32,000 bases of DNA from the NCBI RefSeq assembly GCF_029504745.1, contig NZ_JAQFIQ010000027.1, forward strand, positions 1-32,000, written 5' to 3'. Below the pieces are notes generated by a model. The model did no database searches and had not been told where the DNA came from. It saw nothing but the letters and a program-made list of their open reading frames with translations. The DNA is from Breznakia sp. PF5-3 (GTDB lineage: Bacteria; Bacillota_I; Bacilli_A; Erysipelotrichales; Erysipelotrichaceae). This document shows, in pieces, positions 1 through 7,875 of this stretch (its first letter is position 1; each line of letters begins with the position of its first letter). The translations under genes were made by a program, and so were the position numbers.

Positions 1-4
1 ATTT

Positions 5-45
5 AAAACAAAATAAAAGCTTGGCTGCAAAAGCATAACCAAGCT
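5..45 (-). terminator. possible rho-independent terminator downstream of the lctP-GNAT operon
   Basis: 7-bp stem AGCTTGG (18-24) / CCAAGCT (39-45). On the minus strand it is followed by a T-rich run (plus-strand A-run 5-17). It lies about 90 nt past the stop codon, so the assignment is tentative. Confidence 0.3.
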
Positions 46-134
46 GTATATAAATTTTATTTATTTCATCTGTCTACTTGACAGGGGTAACATCACAAAG
101 AGAGGAATCGGCTTTTATATGAAAAAAGTTTTTA

Positions 135-716
135 CTATGAGTGTTTATTACTATTATACTTTTGCAGAATATTTTCTAGCGTCTTGGTTGTGATTTGATG
201 AATAGGTAAGAACGGAGCTGGGTTAGAAGTATGTTCTCCAATTGACTTTTCAAAGATGGCTACATCATGCCATTTTTTATCTTTATATCCAGCATTATGG
301 TATTTTCCTATTTGCTTAAAGCCAAGGCTAGTATGAAGGCTTTCACTTTTTTTATTTGGAAGAGTGACAATGCCGTATACGGTTTTAACCTCTTGTAGTT
401 TTAAAATTTCAATAATTGCTTGGTAAAACTTTTTCCCTAAACCTTTAGAAGTAGCTACTTCATCAAGATAAATTGATAATTCAGCATTCCACTGATAAGC
501 ATCTCGTGCTTGATAGCGATGTGCATATGCATATCCTATAATTTGTCCAGCTTCTTCATATACTAAAAAAGGGTAATTCATCTTAATGTTTTCAACACGT
601 TTAAAAAAGTCTTCTTCACTAGGCAAGGTATATTCAAAGGTGATTGCTGTATCAATATATTGTGCATATATCTTTCGTAAAAATGGAATATCTGAAGTTG
701 TGATAAAGCGTATCAT
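135..716 (-). CDS. GNAT family N-acetyltransferase (phosphinothricin-acetyltransferase-like subfamily)
   Basis: 193-aa ORF. AAGGAG sits upstream of the ATG (plus 717-735 reverse-complemented). It has the GNAT motif-A-like segment SKGLGKKFYQAII and resembles YwnH/PAT-type proteins overall. It starts 18 nt after the lctP stop, so it is probably co-transcribed. Confidence 0.8.
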   Translation of the reverse strand: MIRFITTSDIPFLRKIYAQYIDTAITFEYTLPSEEDFFKRVENIKMNYPFLVYEEAGQIIGYAYAHRYQARDAYQWNAELSIYLDEVATSKGLGKKFYQAIIEILKLQEVKTVYGIVTLPNKKSESLHTSLGFKQIGKYHNAGYKDKKWHDVAIFEKSIGEHTSNPAPFLPIHQITTKTLENILQKYNSNKHS

Positions 717-733
717 AGACGATCTCCTTTCAC

Positions 734-2290
734 TTAAATTATTAGATCTACAATGGGATCCCCAAAGTAAATGATGAATGCCATAATGATTAGATAAATA
801 AAAGCATATTTTGCAATCTTCTTAAGAATTTCTCCATCTTTTCCACTTAATGATGTTGCAGCACATCCAATGGCAATGCTTTGAGGAGATAACATTTTTC
901 CAACTCCAACGCCAAGTGAATTGGCAGCAGCTAACCAATACTCATTTGCATGAATTGCCTTTGCGGCTTCCATTTGTACATTTCCAAACAATACTTCAGA
1001 ACTAGTACCACTTCCTGTGACAAATGTTCCCAATGCACCAAGAACTGGTGCTACAAGAGGATAGAAAGATTTCATTGCAGTTACTAATAATTCAGATATA
1101 GAAGTAATCATTCCACTATACCCCATGATTTTCGCAGTTCCTAAAACACTCAACATGGTAACAACAGTTTTTGACATTTGAATACATGTGTCTTTTAAAA
1201 CGTGTAACATTCCTGCAAGACTAACCTTTTGAATTCTTCCACCAATAAATCCAGATAGAAAAATCAAGATTCCAGGAGTTGCAATCCATACGAATGTATA
1301 TGGTGTTGCATTTTCGCCAGTATAAATTAGTACAGAAGATTGAATACTATTTAATGGTTCATAAATGAAAGGAACCATTTTGCTTGTCAATAATAAAAGA
1401 ATGAAGATTAAAATAAAAGGAGCCCAAGCATAAAGAGCCTTCTTTAAATCAATAACTTCTTTTTGTGGTTCCACCTCTAGACGATATGCATCAGGAACAG
1501 GGTGCTTTTTACTATGATATTTCGCATAAGCAAAGGTTGTAATTAAAGAACAGACACTACCAACAATCACAGGTAATTCAGCACCAATGAAGCGAGCAAC
1601 AAGGATTTCTGGCAAAATATATGAAATAGCTGATAATGTTGTTAATAGGGTTATACCTTTTAATGATTTGAATCCTTTTCCTGTTAAAATAACCATTAAG
1701 AAAGGAGATATAAAAAGTAATGGTGTAGCTTGTATTGTTTGAACAAAACCCAAAATAATTGGATCTAAATGGGTTAGGTTTGAAAGCGTTACTGTGGGAA
1801 TACCAATGGACCCAAACATGGTTGGCATTCCATTGGCAATCAAACATACAAGAATTGCTTTTACGGGTTGAAATCCCAGTGCACATAACATACTTGCAGG
1901 AATAGCAATGGCAGTTCCAAATCCAGCAATACCTTCAAGAAACCCTCCAAAACACCATCCAACAAGAAGCACTAAGATACGCTTATCATAACTAACAGAG
2001 GTAATCATTGATTTAATTGTATTCATCGCCCCAGAATAAACGGTTAGATTATATGTGAATACCGCAGCAATGATGACTAGGATGATGGGCCATAAAGCCA
2101 TAGCAAAACCTTCCAAAGCAGCACTACTGGCATCTAAAAGGGACATTTTCCACACTAAAATAGCAAGGAAAAAAGCAATTACAAGTGCTATGATACTTGC
2201 TTTAAAGCCTGCCATTTTAAATTTTGTAAGTGCTATGATCAACCATATGATTGGAGCCAAAGCTAAAAGAAACATTAAAAATAGTTGCAT
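734..2290 (-). CDS. lctP: L-lactate permease (LctP/GlcA family)
   Basis: 518-aa polytopic membrane ORF. The N-terminus and the conserved GFGTAIAIPASML segment are typical of the LctP family. GGAG lies upstream of the start. Confidence 0.85.
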   Translation of the reverse strand: MQLFLMFLLALAPIIWLIIALTKFKMAGFKASIIALVIAFFLAILVWKMSLLDASSAALEGFAMALWPIILVIIAAVFTYNLTVYSGAMNTIKSMITSVSYDKRILVLLVGWCFGGFLEGIAGFGTAIAIPASMLCALGFQPVKAILVCLIANGMPTMFGSIGIPTVTLSNLTHLDPIILGFVQTIQATPLLFISPFLMVILTGKGFKSLKGITLLTTLSAISYILPEILVARFIGAELPVIVGSVCSLITTFAYAKYHSKKHPVPDAYRLEVEPQKEVIDLKKALYAWAPFILIFILLLLTSKMVPFIYEPLNSIQSSVLIYTGENATPYTFVWIATPGILIFLSGFIGGRIQKVSLAGMLHVLKDTCIQMSKTVVTMLSVLGTAKIMGYSGMITSISELLVTAMKSFYPLVAPVLGALGTFVTGSGTSSEVLFGNVQMEAAKAIHANEYWLAAANSLGVGVGKMLSPQSIAIGCAATSLSGKDGEILKKIAKYAFIYLIIMAFIIYFGDPIVDLII

Positions 2291-2407
2291 ATATATTCTC
2301 CACAGTTTTTATTTTAGAATGTAATTATAAAAAAGTCTAATTATATAACTATAAAATAAAACAATAAAAGAATTATACCATGATTTCTTTATGATGTAGA
2401 ATGAAAG

Positions 2408-2416
2408 TGGTATAAT
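2408..2416 (+). promoter_or_regulatory. candidate extended -10 sigma-A promoter for the tmk operon
   Basis: TGgTATAAT at 2408-2416, about 20 nt upstream of the tmk ATG. There is no good -35. Confidence 0.35.
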
Positions 2417-2437
2417 AAAAAAGAATGTGAGGTTGTT

Positions 2438-3061
2438 ATGAATAAAGGAAAATTTATTACGTTTGAAGGTAATGATGGTTGTGGGAAAACAACGATTTCA
2501 AATAGAGTATATAATCAATTACTGGAAGATGGGTATGATGTTATTTTTACTCGTGAACCAGGTGGAATAGATATAGCAGAACAGATTAGAGAAGTGATTT
2601 TAAATCCTGAAAATACCGCTATGGATGCAAGATGTGAAGCACTGTTATATGCTGCAGCACGACGTCAACATTTGATTGAAAAGGTACTTCCAGCACTAGC
2701 TGATGGAAAAATTGTTATCTGTGATCGGTTTATTGATTCATCCTTAGCTTATCAAGGCGCTGCTCGGGGTCTTGGAATGGATGAAATATATCAAATCAAT
2801 GAATTTGCCATTGATGGGAATATGCCATATGCAACAATTTTATTACGGGTAGATGCCGAAACAGGATTAAAACGAATTGCATCTCGTAAAGATAAAGACC
2901 GTCTTGATGTAGAGGGAGAGAAATTTCATAAATTAGTTGCACAGGGATATGATGAAGTAGCAAAACGTTATCCACAACGCATTCATGTAATTGATGCAAC
3001 TTTAGATGAAGATGAAGTTTTTAAAAATACATATATGCTAGTCAAGGAATTGGTGGAATAG
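2438..3061 (+). CDS. tmk: thymidylate (dTMP) kinase
   Basis: P-loop FEGNDGCGKTT, the DRF/LAYQG region, 207 aa, and classic tmk-holB synteny. Confidence 0.95.
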   Translation: MNKGKFITFEGNDGCGKTTISNRVYNQLLEDGYDVIFTREPGGIDIAEQIREVILNPENTAMDARCEALLYAAARRQHLIEKVLPALADGKIVICDRFIDSSLAYQGAARGLGMDEIYQINEFAIDGNMPYATILLRVDAETGLKRIASRKDKDRLDVEGEKFHKLVAQGYDEVAKRYPQRIHVIDATLDEDEVFKNTYMLVKELVE

Positions 3062-3062
3062 C

Positions 3063-4028
3063 ATGTTTCAAGAGGTATTAAAGGCAGAACATCCCCAAGT
3101 CTATACGATTTTAAAGAATGCTTTATTAAATGATCGCTTAGCGCATGCATATATGTTTGTTGGTGATAAAGGTGCTCCTAAAAAAGAAACAGCATATTTA
3201 TTAGCACAAAGCTTGGTATGTGATGAAGAAGGATTTGGATGTGAACAATGTGATGCATGTTTACGTGTTCAACATAATAATTATGCGGATATGGTATATT
3301 TAGATGGTAGTGAAATATCCATTAAGAAAGAAGATATCATTCGTTTAAAAAGTGAGTTTTCAAAGACCAACGTTGAACAAAAAGGAAAAAAAATATACAT
3401 CATCGATGGTGCTGAATATGCAACAATCAGTGCATTAAATAGTTTGCTTACATTTTTAGAAGAACCAGATTCACAAACCATTGCCATCTTACTTGTGGAA
3501 AATAGTGATCGTATTTTGGATACAATTAAATCAAGGTGTCAAATGATTACTTTTCATAAGATGAATAAAGAAGAGTGTTTTATAAGAATTAAGGAAGAGT
3601 ATGATATACTAGATGCATATCTATTAAGTCATATAGGACTTCATCAAGATAAGCTAAAAGCGATGGAAGAAAGTGAAGAATATCAGCATGCACGTTATGT
3701 ATTTAAAACATATATAGAAAAGTATTTAAAACATTATTTAGATGCTAGTGTGTTTCTTCAAAAAGATGGTTTTGCGAAAAGTAAAAGAGATCAAAAGCTT
3801 GTTCTTCATTATGTTTTGGATATGATGAATTTATTAGCAAAAGATGCACTTATACACAAACGAATCAAAGAAGCTTGGTATGATGAAATGCTAGAACTTA
3901 TGGATGAGCACACAGCTGAACACATTTTAGTTGTAGCAAATAGAATCAAGGACAAAAATATAAAATCAGTAAATTTAAATTTATTGGTTGATCAATTTAT
4001 ATATGAAATGGAGGAATATGATGAGTAA
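3063..4028 (+). CDS. holB: DNA polymerase III subunit delta prime
   Basis: 321 aa. N-terminal AHAYMFVGDKGAPKK clamp-loader P-loop-like motif, Zn-module CDEEGFGCEQCDACLRV, and SRC-like motif IKSRCQ. It immediately follows tmk. Confidence 0.9.
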   Translation: MFQEVLKAEHPQVYTILKNALLNDRLAHAYMFVGDKGAPKKETAYLLAQSLVCDEEGFGCEQCDACLRVQHNNYADMVYLDGSEISIKKEDIIRLKSEFSKTNVEQKGKKIYIIDGAEYATISALNSLLTFLEEPDSQTIAILLVENSDRILDTIKSRCQMITFHKMNKEECFIRIKEEYDILDAYLLSHIGLHQDKLKAMEESEEYQHARYVFKTYIEKYLKHYLDASVFLQKDGFAKSKRDQKLVLHYVLDMMNLLAKDALIHKRIKEAWYDEMLELMDEHTAEHILVVANRIKDKNIKSVNLNLLVDQFIYEMEEYDE

Positions 4029-4848
4029 AAATTATAACTTTACACATGTTGTTTCTGTAAGTTTTGATGAGAATGGAAGAACTTATACATTTGGTGCTGA
4101 ATCATCAGATTTTGCAAATGGTGAAAAAGTGGTAGTGGAAACAGTTCGTGGAATCGAGATGGCAACAGTATGTGGAGATGTCATAAAAATTGATGATTAT
4201 CATAATAATTTAGAGTTAAAACCAGTTTTACGAAAAGCTAACAAAAAAGATCATCAGAATTATGAGCAAAACATTGAAAAAGCAAAAGAAGCAATGAAAA
4301 TCTGTGACAATGAGATTAAAAAAATTGGTTTGGATATGAATTTAATCGAGGCCGAGTATACACTGGATCAAAGTAAAGTAACCTTTGTATATGTTTCGGA
4401 AGAACGGGTTGATTTTAGAGAGTTATTAAAAAGTCTAGCAACTATTTTTCACTGTCGTATAGAATTGCGTCAAATCGGACCTAGAAATAAGGCGAAGATG
4501 GTAGGTGGAATTGGACAATGTGGACAAGAGTGTTGTTGTAGTCGGTTTATGAATGATTTTTCGATGGTTTCAATTAACATGGCAAAGAATCAAATGTTGG
4601 CATTGAATATCCAAAAACTTTCAGGACAGTGTGGAAAGTTAAAATGTTGTTTGCGTTTTGAAGATGAATTATATAAAGAAATAAAAAAAGATCTACCAAA
4701 AATAAACTCAAGGATTGAATATAATGGGAAGCAATATCGCATTACTAGTTACAATGTCTTAATGCAACAGGTAAAGATTGAGAATAATGAAGATGTACAG
4801 TTTTTAGAATTTAGAGATCTTTGGCCGGATATGAAATACTATGATTAA
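4018..4848 (+). CDS. ricT: PSP1-domain protein RicT/YaaT (stage 0 sporulation / RNase Y maturation complex protein)
   Basis: PSP1 domain with the Cys cluster GQCGQECCCSRF...GQCGKLKCCLRFE. I prefer the ATG at 4018 (GGAGGA at about 4011) over the ORF-track start at 3988, which lies inside holB. Confidence 0.88.
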   Translation: MMSKNYNFTHVVSVSFDENGRTYTFGAESSDFANGEKVVVETVRGIEMATVCGDVIKIDDYHNNLELKPVLRKANKKDHQNYEQNIEKAKEAMKICDNEIKKIGLDMNLIEAEYTLDQSKVTFVYVSEERVDFRELLKSLATIFHCRIELRQIGPRNKAKMVGGIGQCGQECCCSRFMNDFSMVSINMAKNQMLALNIQKLSGQCGKLKCCLRFEDELYKEIKKDLPKINSRIEYNGKQYRITSYNVLMQQVKIENNEDVQFLEFRDLWPDMKYYD

Positions 4849-5692
4849 AAGACAAAAGAGTTTTCATAACACAGCTTCAACGTTATATTTAGTAGCAACG
4901 CCAATTGGGAATTTACAAGAGTTGACACCAAGAGCAATCGAGATTTTAAATCAGGTAGATATTATTGCTGCAGAGGATACAAGAAATACGATAAAGATGT
5001 TGAATTATTTTGATATAAAAACGAAATGTATTTCTCATCATCTACACAATGAAAAAGAAAGTATTAAAGGAATTCTTCAATTATTAGAAGATGGAAAAGA
5101 TATAGCACTTGTTAGTGATGCGGGTTATCCATTATTATCTGATCCAGGGCAAGAGTTAGTACAAAGAGTAATTGATGAAGAATATAATGTTGTCCCTATT
5201 TCGGGAAGCAGTGCAGCCTTAAATGCCCTTGTCGCAAGTGGTATCTGTGCGCAACCTTTCTTATTTTATGGTTTTTTGGATGCAAGCGAAAGTAAAAGAA
5301 TGAAAGCATTGGTAGAATTAGAAGATCTTCCCTATACAATTATTTTCTATGAAGCACCTCATCGAATTGAAAAAATGTTGCGGAGTTGTTTAGAAATATT
5401 AGGAAATCGTAAAATTTGTTTAGCACGTGAATTAACTAAAAAATATGAAGAATTCTTACGTGGAACGATTGAAGAAGTATTATCCGTTATTGATGAGGTA
5501 AAAGGAGAGATGGTCGTAATTGTAGAGGCTGTTGAAAAAGAGAAAGCAATTTTACCTGTTCCAATATTAAAAGAAAAAGTAGATAATTACATTGAAAGAG
5601 GATTCAGCAGTAAAGAAGCAATAAAAAAAGTAGCTCAAGAACAAGGGTTGTCTAAGAACTACTTATATCGTGAATATCATAATTTAAATTAA
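4841..5692 (+). CDS. rsmI: 16S rRNA (cytidine1402-2'-O)-methyltransferase
   Basis: 283 aa. LYLVATPIGNLQELTPRA and AEDTRNT motifs of the tetrapyrrole-methylase-fold RsmI family. It overlaps the ricT stop. Confidence 0.92.
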   Translation: MIKRQKSFHNTASTLYLVATPIGNLQELTPRAIEILNQVDIIAAEDTRNTIKMLNYFDIKTKCISHHLHNEKESIKGILQLLEDGKDIALVSDAGYPLLSDPGQELVQRVIDEEYNVVPISGSSAALNALVASGICAQPFLFYGFLDASESKRMKALVELEDLPYTIIFYEAPHRIEKMLRSCLEILGNRKICLARELTKKYEEFLRGTIEEVLSVIDEVKGEMVVIVEAVEKEKAILPVPILKEKVDNYIERGFSSKEAIKKVAQEQGLSKNYLYREYHNLN

Positions 5693-5729
5693 CTATCTGG
5701 CTAATATACATAGTCAGATAGTTTTTTTG
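5691..5729. terminator. bidirectional hairpin terminator between convergent rsmI and the SEDS gene
   Basis: 9-bp stem AACTATCTG (5691-5699) / CAGATAGTT (5715-5723) followed by a T-run to about 5728. It overlaps the last codons of the minus-strand gene. Confidence 0.6.
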
Positions 5730-6924
5730 CTTTTAGACTAGCATTCATAACGATTCCAAATGCAAGCATATATGATAATAGTGAAGATCCCCCTGATGAA
5801 ATTAATGGGAGGGTAATTCCCGTAATCGGGAAGAGACCGATTACCATTCCAATATTTTCTAGTTGTTGAATGATTAACATTCCTAAAAATCCAATAATCA
5901 TTAATTTTTCAATATTATTTTTACTTCGTGAGGCGATTAAGAATAATCGCAAATCCAAAGCGACACAAAGACCAACAATAAAGATACATCCTAAGAATCC
6001 AAAGTTCATCCCAATAGCTGCAAAGATAAAGTCAGTATGTGCTTCTGGAATACTGATGACATCAGCTTGAAAACCATGACCAGTTAAGCCACTAGAACCA
6101 AGGGATAAGATAGAAGAATATAGTTGTAAACCAGCACTTGTTGAATATTGTTCTGGATATAGCCAACCATAGATTCGCTTTACTTTATAACTAGAACCGA
6201 ATATTTTGGTAAATAGTGTTTGATTAAAATAGAATAAATAAAAGAATGTAACTAGTGCTACGACAACAAGAATGGTTCCAATAATAATCCATTCTCTACG
6301 AATACCAGAACATATTACCATTAATAAAATAGTAAGAATGATAATAAGGAAAATCCCTGTATCTGGTTGCAATAGAATTAATGCTAATGGTGGTAATAGC
6401 CATTTTCCAAGTTTAAGGAAAAGTTGAATATCACTTTCAAAAGAATCTTCTCGTTTATCTTCGTTGTGATCTACAATCGTGTATGCAGATATGATAATAA
6501 GAATAACTTTCATGAACTCCGACGGTTGGATCGTTCCAATGAAGGGGAACTCTAACCAAGCGGTGGCTCCATTAACCGTTTTTGCAAAGGGAAGTGTCAT
6601 TCCTAAAAAACGTTGAAAAATATGTAAATCAAGAAATAAATATATTAGTAAAGCTAAAAAGATAAAATATCCGATTCTAGCAAAAGTATTAAGATTATCA
6701 TTTCCTAGGTACATGATGATAGCAATAACAATAATACCAATGATGTAAAATTGAATTTGTTTTCCTAAAATTCCATTGAATCCACCAGTAGGTACATAAG
6801 CAGGAACTAGTGGAAAGGCAGCATAAATTGCAATGATACTTGATATAAAAATCAACACTAGGATAATTGTAAGAATGAAATCAAACTTTTGCGGTTGACG
6901 GACTTTCGATAATTGTTGTTTCAT
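5701..6924 (-). CDS. SEDS family peptidoglycan glycosyltransferase (FtsW/RodA/SpoVE)
   Basis: 407 aa, about 10 TM segments. C-terminal signature GITLPLISSGGSSLLSYMLAFGIVMN is typical of SEDS proteins. Confidence 0.88.
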   Translation of the reverse strand: MKQQLSKVRQPQKFDFILTIILVLIFISSIIAIYAAFPLVPAYVPTGGFNGILGKQIQFYIIGIIVIAIIMYLGNDNLNTFARIGYFIFLALLIYLFLDLHIFQRFLGMTLPFAKTVNGATAWLEFPFIGTIQPSEFMKVILIIISAYTIVDHNEDKREDSFESDIQLFLKLGKWLLPPLALILLQPDTGIFLIIILTILLMVICSGIRREWIIIGTILVVVALVTFFYLFYFNQTLFTKIFGSSYKVKRIYGWLYPEQYSTSAGLQLYSSILSLGSSGLTGHGFQADVISIPEAHTDFIFAAIGMNFGFLGCIFIVGLCVALDLRLFLIASRSKNNIEKLMIIGFLGMLIIQQLENIGMVIGLFPITGITLPLISSGGSSLLSYMLAFGIVMNASLKAKKLSDYVY

Positions 6925-7343
6925 AAAATCTTCTCCATCATTCGATGCTCAATATCAGCATCTAAATATATATCACCATAGGCAATAAAACCATTTTTTT
7001 CATAAAAAGGAATTGCTACAGTTTGTGCTCCTAAAACAAGTTTTTCAGCTTGTTCTTGATGAGCTATTTTTTCAATCTCCTTTAGCATAAATGAGCCACA
7101 GTGTTTATTACGAAATTCTTTTAACACAGCAACACGACCAACGTGCCAAGTTGTTCCATGACGAATGACACGACAAGTAGCAATTGGCTTATTGTCGCTG
7201 TAAACAAGGTATTGATTACAGGTTTTGTCTTCTTCATCTAACTCGATCAGAGGATCAACACATTGTTCTTTGACAAATACTTTGATACGGATTTCCATAA
7301 GTGAAAAATATTCAAATTGTGTAGTTGCTTTTGTGAATCTCAT
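6921..7343 (-). CDS. GNAT family N-acetyltransferase (small, about 140 aa)
   Basis: The internal ATG at 7343 is preceded by AAGGAGGAAATCC. The GNAT core is VAVLKEFRNKHCGSFMLKEIEKIA. The stop overlaps the SEDS start as ATGA (6921-6924). The longer ORF-track version (to 7580) runs antisense through the M-box and is rejected. Confidence 0.8.
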   Translation of the reverse strand: MRFTKATTQFEYFSLMEIRIKVFVKEQCVDPLIELDEEDKTCNQYLVYSDNKPIATCRVIRHGTTWHVGRVAVLKEFRNKHCGSFMLKEIEKIAHQEQAEKLVLGAQTVAIPFYEKNGFIAYGDIYLDADIEHRMMEKIL

Positions 7344-7433
7344 GGATTTCCTCCTTCTGAATTTTGCATATGTATATGGTATCACAGAAATGATTTTGAT
7401 ACCATGGTAGATATATAAAATCATGTGTAAAAG

Positions 7434-7462
7434 TTGACAAAGGAATATAGAGGTTATATAGT
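7434..7462 (+). promoter_or_regulatory. sigma-A type promoter for the M-box/mgtA transcript
   Basis: TTGACA (7434-7439), 17-nt spacer, TATAGT (7457-7462), just upstream of the riboswitch. Confidence 0.6.
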
Positions 7463-7469
7463 ATAAACG

Positions 7470-7678
7470 TAATAGAAATACCCGGTAGGTGAGATTCCTA
7501 CAAGGATACGGGCTACTGCCGCAAAATAGTGGAAACACTATTCGCTGGTCAACAGGTGTTATCGCATAAAAAGGTTTCATCTAATGTAGTTTCATCGCCT
7601 TGTAGAGTCAAAGCTCAAACGGTGGCGATGTGATTTTTAATCCCATACTGCTTTTTGAGCGTGTGGGATTTTTATTTG
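7470..7678 (+). promoter_or_regulatory. M-box (ykoK leader) Mg2+-sensing riboswitch with intrinsic terminator
   Basis: Conserved M-box blocks CCGGTAGGTGAGATTCCTACAAGGATACGGGCTACTGCCGCAAAA, GCTGGTCAACAGG and AGTCAAAGCTCAAACGGTGGCGATG. These are followed by the hairpin AATCCCATAC (7639-7648) / GTGTGGGATT (7661-7670) and TTTTATTT. A Mg2+ P-type ATPase lies downstream. Confidence 0.85.
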
Positions 7679-7702
7679 AAAAAGGAAACGAGGTGAAGAA
7701 AA

Positions 7703-7798
7703 ATGGACGATGGTAGTGTGCTGAGAAAATATAAATATTTTATGATTTCAAAGAAAATGTCGAATACATTCGTCTATTTTCTTTGCGACAGTGTATAG
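7703..7798 (+). CDS. hypothetical 31-aa leader ORF between the M-box terminator and mgtA
   Basis: GAGGTG (7691-7696) lies 6 nt before the ATG at 7703. Translation is MDDGSVLRKYKYFMISKKMSNTFVYFLCDSV, with stop TAG at 7796-7798. I recognise no homology, so this is speculative. Confidence 0.25.
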   Translation: MDDGSVLRKYKYFMISKKMSNTFVYFLCDSV

Positions 7799-7875
7799 AT
7801 TAGTTTATGTTTTCATTGCAGACTATTGTTAAAACATTCCTATGAAATTAAAACGAAGAATAGGAGATGAGGACA

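Noticed and set aside
3988-4017. ORF-track upstream starts (3988 for ricT; also 10683 phoP, 11335 phoR, 16130 phoU, 16953 RR2, 19126 lipoprotein, 20162 rsmA, 23602 aroD, 26614 surface protein, 28371 sigma-fusion 2)
   Set aside because: Each extension lies inside the preceding gene or lacks an RBS. A downstream ATG with a well-spaced Shine-Dalgarno gives the canonical N-terminus of the family.
7344-7580. N-terminal 79-aa extension of the minus-strand ORF 6921..7580
   Set aside because: It runs antisense through the promoter and conserved core of the M-box riboswitch. It has odd Cys/Tyr/Leu-rich composition and no RBS at 7580. The internal ATG at 7343 has a perfect AAGGAGG and yields a normal-length GNAT.
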